Origin: an uncultured Christensenella sp.
GTDB lineage: Bacteria > Bacillota > Clostridia > Christensenellales > UBA1242
Direction: 5' to 3'
Length of the DNA stretch: 64,000 nucleotides
NCBI GenBank assembly: GCA_910584295.1
Contig: CAJTYR010000007.1
Coordinates: 4,469-68,468, forward strand
The translations under genes and the position numbers were made by a program. Positions within the stretch are counted from its first letter, which is position 1; every line of letters begins with the position of its first letter. Below are positions 56,967-64,000 of the stretch, one piece after another. Under the pieces are notes generated by a model. That model was not told where the DNA came from and did not search any database. It saw only the letters and a list, made by a program, of their open reading frames with translations.

Positions 56967-58409
56967 CTATATTTCAACTTCAGTAATGGAAACTGATAAT
57001 TTATCAATATCTTCTTTTGAACGATTTCTTCTTGTTGAGAATTTTGGTTTTTTATCTTTTGAGCCGAGGATGTCAAAAGATTGCTTTGCTTCTTCAACTC
57101 GAGTTATGTTTTTGTCGTGATATGCAGCAAGGATTTCAGAAAGATAACTGATTGGATTCCCCTTGCCAACAGAGAGACTGCAGGCGTATTCGATAAGTTC
57201 GTCGGAGAATTTCCAAATTTCTTTCCAAACATGATATTTATCTCTGTCAAACTGATTTACTTTTCTTGATAGACCAAGAGTTTCCAATATATTTTTAATC
57301 TTTTTATCAAGACCAAGAGTTTCTTTTTGAAAGTCATCAAAACTTTTTTCTGATAAAATGCCATTTTTGAAAAGTTTTTCGATTTCAGAGTTCATTCCTT
57401 CAAGTGTTCTTATGCCTGTTTTAAAGCAATAGTTTGAAATTTTTTCAAGCATTTTTTCACTGAAACTGAGGCTTATCCAATTCCAAACATAGTTGTCAAT
57501 GACTGGGTCAAGATTTTCATAATAAAGTCCCAGATTTTTTGTTATAACTTTTGAAATTTCTTTAGCCATTGCTCTTTCTTCGTCATACAAGTCAATTTCG
57601 TTGATTGAAAAAAGTTTGTTGGCAAAATATTTTTGGAGTAATGCATCCATATATGCAAATGATGGAGCTTTTTTTGCTTTTGCTTTTTTTGCCACATGTT
57701 TGAGAGCAACATCTTCAAAGCCTTGATCTTTCCACTTTTTATAAAGCATATGTTCGTCCAATGAGAGAGGGGAGTTGATACCAAGTGCTTTTTTTATTTC
57801 ATCTTTTCCAGTGCGGAAAGTTTCAAAGTCAAGCAGTCGTGCTTCAACTTGTTTTGTGGTTGTGATTTTTTGATTTGCCCAGTCTTTTGCTATAGTGGTT
57901 ATGTAAGCATAACCAACTGCATTATCTTTTATATTTACACAATAATTTATTATCATAAGAAGAGCATCTTTTTCCATGTGAAAACGTTCAATAATATCAT
58001 AGTATTCACGATATTCATTTGGAGTTATCATTCTTCCAGACAAAATTTCTTGCGCCTTTGCATTGAAAGATGCGAATTTTTTTATGTTATATTTTTTTGT
58101 GTTGTTTATGACATCGCTGATTGGGAGATATCTAACTTCAAATGGCACAATATTTAAAAATTGGATAAGTCCTTGCTCGTGCCAATAAGTGAAGGCTTTT
58201 GCAACTTGTTCTTGAGAAAGTCGGAGTTCGTTTGCAAAGTTTTCAAGGGTGTTGTCATTTGCATCCCCAGCTTGGCATTTATAAAGTCCATAAAGATAGA
58301 CTTTCACATACATTGGATCTGCGTATGGAAGATAGTTATTTATGAAAATGTTGTCAACAGCAGTTGTGTTGTTTGCAATCATATCAATTGAAAATTTACA
58401 AAACGCCAT
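56967..58409 (-). CDS. DnaD-domain replication initiation/membrane attachment protein (Bacillus DnaB type)
   Basis: IFINNYLPYADPMYVKVYLYGLY is typical of DnaD-like domains. Immediately upstream of dnaI. Confidence 0.7.
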   Translation of the reverse strand: MAFCKFSIDMIANNTTAVDNIFINNYLPYADPMYVKVYLYGLYKCQAGDANDNTLENFANELRLSQEQVAKAFTYWHEQGLIQFLNIVPFEVRYLPISDVINNTKKYNIKKFASFNAKAQEILSGRMITPNEYREYYDIIERFHMEKDALLMIINYCVNIKDNAVGYAYITTIAKDWANQKITTTKQVEARLLDFETFRTGKDEIKKALGINSPLSLDEHMLYKKWKDQGFEDVALKHVAKKAKAKKAPSFAYMDALLQKYFANKLFSINEIDLYDEERAMAKEISKVITKNLGLYYENLDPVIDNYVWNWISLSFSEKMLEKISNYCFKTGIRTLEGMNSEIEKLFKNGILSEKSFDDFQKETLGLDKKIKNILETLGLSRKVNQFDRDKYHVWKEIWKFSDELIEYACSLSVGKGNPISYLSEILAAYHDKNITRVEEAKQSFDILGSKDKKPKFSTRRNRSKEDIDKLSVSITEVEI

Positions 58410-58508
58410 AAAAACTCCTTAATTAAGCCAAATTATGATATCACAATTTCAATTTTTTGACAACACTTTTGAGAGAATGTTTTCTTTTGGTCAAGCATAA
58501 ATTATTTT

Positions 58509-59948
58509 ATGAAAAAATTTGCATTTATTTTGGTGATGTTGCTATGCTTGCCTTTTTGTCTTTTTGGATGTGAAAAAGAGGAAAAATTGAACTTTTACAA
58601 AATTGATGTGGTCTTTGATGAAGAGAAGAAGGCTCTTTTATGCTCGCAGGAGATCAATTTTGTTAATTCAAGCGATAATGCTCTTGATGAGGTGGATTTT
58701 TTCTTGTATGCAAACTCTTTTGCTGAAGGACAAAAGACAGTGGACAGTGCAACAAGTGAGAGAGCATATCCCAATGGAAAAAGTTATGGCAACATTGATT
58801 TTGAACAAATCTCAATAAATGAAAAAGAGGTTGAGTTTTCTTTTGAAGAACCCAACAAAAATATTTTGATTGTTCCTCTTGAAAAAGAACTTTTTCCAAA
58901 TGAAGAAGTTACGATTTCAATGAGTTATACTGTGAACCTTGCAAACATTCATCATAGGTTGGGTTATGGGGAAAACACAATCAATTGTGGCAGTTTTTTT
59001 CCAATTGCTTGCGTTTATGAAAATGGTTTTATTAAAAATGGATATTCCACTTGTGGAGACCCTTTCTATAGTGATGTTGCAGATTTTGAAGTTACAATTT
59101 CATACCCCAAAGATTATATTCTTGCATCAAGTGGAAACCAGAAGAAGTTGGATGATGGAAAGGTCCTATGTGAAGGGAAAATGATTAGGGATTTTTGTTT
59201 TGTTCTTTCAAAAGATTTTCAGATTTTATCAAAAAATGTGGGAGATGTGAAAATCAATTATTACACTTATCAAGATGACAATGCAGACCAATTTTTGGAA
59301 ATTTCTTGTGAAGCAGTAGAATTTTTTGAAAAGATGTTTGGAAAATATCCATATCAACAATTATCAGTGGTGAAAACAAACTTTTGCTTTGGCGGAATGG
59401 AATATCCTAATCTTGTTATGATTTCTGATGATGTTGAGGACAAACCAAGCTTTGATTATGTCATAGTGCATGAGATTGCACATCAATGGTGGTATGGTCT
59501 TGTGGGCAACAACGAGTTTAATGAAGCGTGGGTGGATGAAGGATTGACGGAATACTCATCAGCATTATTTTTTGAAAAACATTCAAAGTATGGCTTTGAG
59601 TATGAGCAAGTGATTGACAATGCATTTGAGACCTACAAAAATTTTGTTAAAATCTATTCTTCAATTTTGGGGGATGTTGATGAAAGCATGCAAAGAAGTC
59701 TTTCTGAATTTGAGACCGAGCCAGAATATGTAAATTGCACTTACACAAAAGGGATGCTGCTTTTTGACAGTTTAAGAGAAACATTGGGAAACCGTAAGTT
59801 TGAAAAGTGTCTTAAACATTATTTCAAGGAATATAAATATAAAAATTCTTCTTATGAGAAGATGGTTGAATGCTTCAGTCAATCTTGTGGAAGAAATCTT
59901 GAAAGTCTTTTCGAGGCGTATGTCGATGGAACAGTTGTGATTGAATAA
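58509..59948 (+). CDS. M1-family zinc metallopeptidase, lipoprotein
   Basis: HEIAHQWWYG...WVDEGLTEY (HEXXH-18-E). Signal peptide with lipobox LFGC. Confidence 0.85.
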   Translation: MKKFAFILVMLLCLPFCLFGCEKEEKLNFYKIDVVFDEEKKALLCSQEINFVNSSDNALDEVDFFLYANSFAEGQKTVDSATSERAYPNGKSYGNIDFEQISINEKEVEFSFEEPNKNILIVPLEKELFPNEEVTISMSYTVNLANIHHRLGYGENTINCGSFFPIACVYENGFIKNGYSTCGDPFYSDVADFEVTISYPKDYILASSGNQKKLDDGKVLCEGKMIRDFCFVLSKDFQILSKNVGDVKINYYTYQDDNADQFLEISCEAVEFFEKMFGKYPYQQLSVVKTNFCFGGMEYPNLVMISDDVEDKPSFDYVIVHEIAHQWWYGLVGNNEFNEAWVDEGLTEYSSALFFEKHSKYGFEYEQVIDNAFETYKNFVKIYSSILGDVDESMQRSLSEFETEPEYVNCTYTKGMLLFDSLRETLGNRKFEKCLKHYFKEYKYKNSSYEKMVECFSQSCGRNLESLFEAYVDGTVVIE

Positions 59949-60047
59949 AGAGACATTGATTTGTCTCTTTTTTTAATTTTTGTGAAATGTTAAAATTATT
60001 AAACTCAAAGTCGATTTTAATGGTAAAATTATACTGGGAGAATACAA

Positions 60048-60227
60048 ATGAGAAAAGTTATAAGATTTACATTGAGAATTCCAAATCAACTGCAAGAAAA
60101 AATTAAATACACCGCTGATTTCAATTGCCGAAGTCAAAATAAAGAATTTGAGATTGCCATTAAGCGCTACATTAACGATTTTGAAAGACTTTATGGAACG
60201 ATAAACATACCCGAAAGCAAAACCTAA
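60048..60227 (+). CDS. Ribbon-helix-helix (Arc/CopG-like) protein, 59 aa, below the ORF-track cutoff
   Basis: RBS GGGAG. MRKVIRFTLRIPNQLQEKIKYTADFNCRSQNKEFEIAIKRYINDFE fits a strand-helix-helix pattern. Confidence 0.5.
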   Translation: MRKVIRFTLRIPNQLQEKIKYTADFNCRSQNKEFEIAIKRYINDFERLYGTINIPESKT

Positions 60228-60254
60228 TTTTTTGTCATAAATTAATCTTTTTGA

Positions 60255-60283
60255 TTGACAAGACCGCAAATGTGTTGTATAAT
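60255..60283 (+). promoter_or_regulatory. Promoter of tRNA-Lys
   Basis: TTGACA (60255-60260), 17 nt, TATAAT (60278-60283). Confidence 0.7.
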
Positions 60284-60313
60284 ACACATAGTTTTTCATT
60301 GGAATACTTTTGT

Positions 60314-60389
60314 GGGTTGCTAGCTCAGTTGGTAGAGCATTCGACTCTTAATCGAAGGGTCCGGGGTTCGAGCCCCCGGCAACCCACCA
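60314..60389 (+). tRNA. tRNA-Lys (anticodon CTT)
   Basis: 76-nt cloverleaf: acceptor GGGTTGC/GCAACCC, anticodon loop CTCTTAA, T-loop TTCGAGC, encoded CCA. Confidence 0.92.
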
Positions 60390-60395
60390 CAAACA

Positions 60396-60417
60396 AGACG
60401 CTTTTGCGTCTTTTTTC
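60396..60417 (+). terminator. Intrinsic terminator
   Basis: Hairpin AGACGC-TTTT-GCGTCT followed by a T-run. Confidence 0.8.
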
Positions 60418-60425
60418 TTTTTATT

Positions 60426-61460
60426 GTGGCAAAGAAAAAAAATTCTTTATATAAAAATATTATGGAAAACCAAAAGATTATTTTAAAAGAGAATTTGACT
60501 AGCAACATTAAGAAATTTGATTCAAAGAAGCTTTGTTTCATGGTCAAATCAAATGCTTATGGTCATGGTTTGGAAGATATTGTTGAGCTTGTTGAACCAT
60601 ATGCAAATTATTTTGGAGTTGCAAATGTTGAAGAAGCAATAAGGGTGAGAAAGATTTCAAAGAAACCAATTTTGGTGGTGGGACATTTGCCAAACTTGAA
60701 GCTGTGTGCCAAGCATGACATTGAGTTTATGATTGATGATGAAATCTCACTTAAAAGTGCAATAAACTTTAATCTCCAAGACAAGTGCCACCTCAAAATA
60801 AACTGTGGGATGAATAGATTTGGTGTAAACAGCGAACTTAATATGAAAATATTGGACAATATAATGAATGAAAAAAATGTGGTGTTGAAATCTGTATACA
60901 CACATTTCCCAAACACCATAGGTCCAAGACAAACACAAGAAAACTATCAGAGATTTTTGAGAATAAAAAAGAGTCTTTCTCAAAATCCACCAATTTGTTT
61001 GGGGGGAAGCGGGGTGATTGACTTTGATTTTGATTATGATATTTTAAGACTTGGAATTGGTCTTTATGGTTATGGAAAAAAGAATTTGAAGCCAGTTATG
61101 CAAATTCGATCTTATGTTTGCAAAACATTCTATGTGAAAGCAGGAGAATATGTTGGATATGGACATAATTTTTATGCAGAGTCAGATGGAAAATTTGCAG
61201 TTGTGCCTGTGGGTTATGGGGATGGACTCTCAAGACGATTGAGTGGAAAAATATGTGTTGAGATTATTGGCAAAAAATATCCAATTATTGGTAGCATTTG
61301 CATGGATGCTTTTTTTGTGAAAATTGATGAAAAGGTTAAGGTTGGAGATTCTGTCATAGTTATGCAAGATGCCGAAGTTTTTGCAAAAAAATTGGGAACA
61401 ATTTCTTATGAGGTTTTGACGGGTTTTTCAAATTTCCGTGGAAAAATAAAAACAGAATAA
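60426..61460 (+). CDS. alr: Alanine racemase
   Basis: PLP-lysine motif VKSNAYGHG, C-terminal YEVLTG. Start uncertain (GTG at 60426 or ATG at 60462). Confidence 0.85.
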   Translation: MAKKKNSLYKNIMENQKIILKENLTSNIKKFDSKKLCFMVKSNAYGHGLEDIVELVEPYANYFGVANVEEAIRVRKISKKPILVVGHLPNLKLCAKHDIEFMIDDEISLKSAINFNLQDKCHLKINCGMNRFGVNSELNMKILDNIMNEKNVVLKSVYTHFPNTIGPRQTQENYQRFLRIKKSLSQNPPICLGGSGVIDFDFDYDILRLGIGLYGYGKKNLKPVMQIRSYVCKTFYVKAGEYVGYGHNFYAESDGKFAVVPVGYGDGLSRRLSGKICVEIIGKKYPIIGSICMDAFFVKIDEKVKVGDSVIVMQDAEVFAKKLGTISYEVLTGFSNFRGKIKTE

Positions 61461-61508
61461 TACAAGAAATTTTTTTGAAAATTTATTCAGTTGTGCTAGA
61501 ATGTTGAT

Positions 61509-62036
61509 ATGAAAGTGGTTTCGGGAAAATTTAACAGCAGAAGATTGCTTGAAAATAAATATAAACATATCAGACCAACGGCTGACAAGGTGCGTCAGGC
61601 GATTTTTAACAAATTACAATTTTTTGTGCAAGGGAAAAGTGTGCTTGACCTTTTTTGTGGAACTGGTGCTTTGGGAATTGAGGCAATAAGTCAAGGGGCA
61701 GAGCAGGTTGTTTTTGTTGACAAAGATGCAAGAAGTGTTTCTATGACAAAGTCAAATCTGAAAAGTCTTAATATTGAAGCAAAGGTATTTAAGATGGATT
61801 CAAAACTATTTTTGGAGAGATGCCAAGAAAAGTTTGATTTGATTTTGCTTGATCCTCCATACAAAAGTGGACTTTACGAAATTGTTTTGAAGAAAATTGA
61901 GGAAAAAGGACTTCTTGCAGATGATGGAATTATTGTTTGTGAGCATGCAAAAGAAGACACTTTTGATTATCAAGGATTCTCTGTTTTCGACGAAAAAAGA
62001 TATGGCACAATCATGGTGACATATCTTGAAAAATAA
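61509..62036 (+). CDS. rsmD: 16S rRNA (guanine966-N2)-methyltransferase RsmD
   Basis: RPTADKVRQAIFN, LDLFCGTGALGIEA, LDPPY. Confidence 0.88.
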   Translation: MKVVSGKFNSRRLLENKYKHIRPTADKVRQAIFNKLQFFVQGKSVLDLFCGTGALGIEAISQGAEQVVFVDKDARSVSMTKSNLKSLNIEAKVFKMDSKLFLERCQEKFDLILLDPPYKSGLYEIVLKKIEEKGLLADDGIIVCEHAKEDTFDYQGFSVFDEKRYGTIMVTYLEK

Positions 62037-62107
62037 CAAAAAAAATTTGCTTTTTTAAAGGTGGCACAGCCATCTTTTTTTTCATATAAAAATTTAGGAG
62101 AAATTTT

Positions 62108-63853
62108 ATGTGCGGAATATGCGCCAGTTTTGGTGAAAAAAATCAGATTGAAAATGTTTTGAAAGGACTTTCTTGTCTTGAATACAGAGGGTATGATTCA
62201 AGTGGAATAGCCTATTTGAAAAAAGGAAAACTTGAAATAATCAAAAGTGTTGGACAAATTAAATTTTTGAAAGATAAAATAACTCCAGCACATGCCAGTC
62301 AAATTGTGATTGGTCATACTCGTTGGGCGACACATGGAAAGGTTTGCGAAGAAAATTCTCATCCACATTTATCAGCGGATGGAAAGGTTGCAATTGTTCA
62401 CAATGGCATAATTGAAAATTTTGAAAAGTTGAAAGAGAATATGACGGAGGTAAAATTTTATTCTCAAACGGACACTGAAGTCTTTGCAAATCTCATTGCA
62501 AGACAAGATGGGAAAAACCTTGAAAAACTTGTTGAGGCTTCAAAAAAGATTGATGGAAGTTTTGCTGTTGCTGTCATTTTTGAAAATGATAAAAAAATTT
62601 TTTGTGGAAAAAGAAAAAGTCCTCTTTATGTGGCTGTAAGACAAGGACAAATCATGGCAGCAAGTGACATTTCTGCCTTTGAAGATAATTTTGACTTCTT
62701 CTATGTTTTGGAAGATGATGAATTTGCGGTTTTGGAAAAAGAAAGAGTTGAGTTTTTTGATTCAAATTACAATCATCTAAAAAAACAAAAGAAAATGTTT
62801 GAAAAAATTGATTTTTTTGAGGATTTTTCCAATGAAAAATGTTTTATGAGGAAAGAAATCGCAGAAGAGCCAATTGTGCTTAAAAGGACCCTATTTAAAT
62901 ATTTTTCAGAAAAAATTTTCACAGAGGAAGAGTTGTTTTTGCTGAAAAAATATAAGAATTTTCATTTTGTTGCTTGTGGAACTGCTTATCACAGTGCGCT
63001 TTTGGGGTCTCTTTTTTTGCAAAAGTTTGGGAAAAAATCTTGCGAGGTTTCTGTTGCAAGTGAATTTCGTTATGGCTTTCAACCATTATCAAAAAAATGT
63101 CTTTATGTTTTTGTCAGTCAAAGCGGAGAGACTGCCGACACAATCGCATGTGCAAGAATGGTGAAAGATTTTGGTGCTGACATCATGTGCGTAACCAATG
63201 TTCCATATTCATCTCTCAACAATTTGGCGGATTTTATTTTGCCAACTTTTGCTGGAAAAGAAATTGCGGTTGCTTCCACAAAAGCGTATGTGGCACAGGT
63301 TTTCACATTGCTTATCTTCTCAAGTTTTGTTTGTGGAAGAGATTGCGAAGAGGATATCAAAAAATTTGTTCTGAAATTTTGCATTAAGGCTTTTCCAGAT
63401 GAGATACAAAAGGATGTGAAAAATTTCTCAAAGATTTTTTTCGTTGGGCGAGGGCAAGACTTTGTTTCAAGTTTGGAGGGAGCATTGAAACTTAAAGAGA
63501 TTGCTTATATAAATTGTTTGGGCATTGCTGCTGGCGAACTTAAGCATGGAACTCTTGCATTGGTTGATGAGGACACACTTGTGATTGTCATTTCAACACA
63601 GGAAAGCTTGAAAGAGAAAATTGAAAACAACATACAAGAAATAAAAGCTCGAGGTGGGAAGATTTTGCTTTTGTCACAGTTTGAGCATAATGTAGATGTT
63701 GAATATTTTGTTAAGCTTTCTGATTTTGATGAAGAGTTTATGCCTATTGAAAGCATTGTTTATTTGCAACAATTTGCACTTGCAACTGCTCTTGACTTTG
63801 GCTTTGATCCAGACAAACCAAGAAACCTTGCAAAGTCTGTCACTGTGGAATAA
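62108..63853 (+). CDS. glmS: Glutamine--fructose-6-phosphate aminotransferase
   Basis: N-terminal MCGI nucleophile, two SIS domains, C-terminal KSVTVE. Confidence 0.95.
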   Translation: MCGICASFGEKNQIENVLKGLSCLEYRGYDSSGIAYLKKGKLEIIKSVGQIKFLKDKITPAHASQIVIGHTRWATHGKVCEENSHPHLSADGKVAIVHNGIIENFEKLKENMTEVKFYSQTDTEVFANLIARQDGKNLEKLVEASKKIDGSFAVAVIFENDKKIFCGKRKSPLYVAVRQGQIMAASDISAFEDNFDFFYVLEDDEFAVLEKERVEFFDSNYNHLKKQKKMFEKIDFFEDFSNEKCFMRKEIAEEPIVLKRTLFKYFSEKIFTEEELFLLKKYKNFHFVACGTAYHSALLGSLFLQKFGKKSCEVSVASEFRYGFQPLSKKCLYVFVSQSGETADTIACARMVKDFGADIMCVTNVPYSSLNNLADFILPTFAGKEIAVASTKAYVAQVFTLLIFSSFVCGRDCEEDIKKFVLKFCIKAFPDEIQKDVKNFSKIFFVGRGQDFVSSLEGALKLKEIAYINCLGIAAGELKHGTLALVDEDTLVIVISTQESLKEKIENNIQEIKARGGKILLLSQFEHNVDVEYFVKLSDFDEEFMPIESIVYLQQFALATALDFGFDPDKPRNLAKSVTVE

Positions 63854-63857
63854 AAAA

Positions 63858-63878
63858 ACACCATTTAGGTGTTTTTAT
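63858..63878. terminator. Bidirectional intrinsic terminator
   Basis: Hairpin ACACC-ATTTA-GGTGT flanked by A and T runs. Confidence 0.7.
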
Positions 63879-63880
63879 TT

Positions 63881-64000
63881 TTATATTTCAGGATCGAATT
63901 TTTCAAAAACAATGTTGTCGCAATATTTCACAACTTTCATATATTCTTCTTTGCTTCTCACAACGTTTGCAATCAAAGGGAGGTGTTTATATCTTCTGAC
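63881..64000 (-). CDS. 3' end of an unidentified convergent gene (5' part outside the window)
   Basis: Open to the window edge on the minus strand: ...RRYKHLPLIANVVRSKEEYMKVVKYCDNIVFEKFDPEI, stop at 63881-63883. Confidence 0.35.
   Translation of the reverse strand, partial: VRRYKHLPLIANVVRSKEEYMKVVKYCDNIVFEKFDPEI

Noticed and set aside
1-64000. Scan for CRISPR arrays, integrases or transposases, rRNA genes, restriction-modification systems or known defence-system signatures
   Set aside because: I saw no regularly spaced direct repeats, no recombinase or transposase motifs, no rRNA-like stretches, and no nuclease/ATPase/methylase gene sets. The accessory ORFs present are too small or featureless to call a defence system.

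Overview
AT-rich, gene-dense chromosomal window, mostly + strand, standard genetic code (TGA is used as a stop). Gene content and order point to a low-GC Bacillota (Firmicutes) genome that looks streamlined. Evidence for that placement: Prp-processed L27, Asp23-YloV next to rpmB, a DnaD-domain protein plus DnaI, PcrA, and the yqfA/C/D-ybeY-era order. Core content: rplM-rpsI; rpmB; hrcA-grpE-dnaK-dnaJ-rsmE-mtaB behind a CIRCE operator; rpsU; pcrA-ligA; rpsL-rpsG-fusA-tuf; sepF-lspA-rluD; rplU-prp-rpmA; floA-yqfC-yqfD-ybeY-era; alr-rsmD-glmS; and three tRNAs, Arg(CCT), Trp(CCA) and Lys(CTT). Accessory content: an ArsR-type repressor with a CadA-type P1B ATPase and twin operators; six lipobox lipoproteins, two of them tandem paralogues; at least eight small stand-alone XRE/HTH regulators, including a duplicated divergent pair; a GNAT-like protein; and several unassignable ORFs, mainly in the island at 14.2-19.4 kb. 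I found no CRISPR array, integrase, transposase, rRNA or recognisable defence system. The observations I rank highest are: (1) GrpE carries a roughly 70-residue Cys/His-rich, metallothionein-like N-terminal extension. (2) A family of structured intergenic elements lies inside transcription units (dnaK-dnaJ spacer, downstream of tRNA-Trp, partly in the rpsG-fusA spacer) and shows one compensatory stem change. (3) The rpsG-fusA spacer is abnormally long, with a hairpin spanning about 100 nt and an unannotated 48-codon ORF. (4) A terminator-ended structured leader or small RNA of about 240 nt, driven by a consensus promoter, sits upstream of rpsL. (5) The TrxB homologue lacks both NADPH-binding signatures. 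All functional calls rest on motif recognition by eye; no database search was possible.
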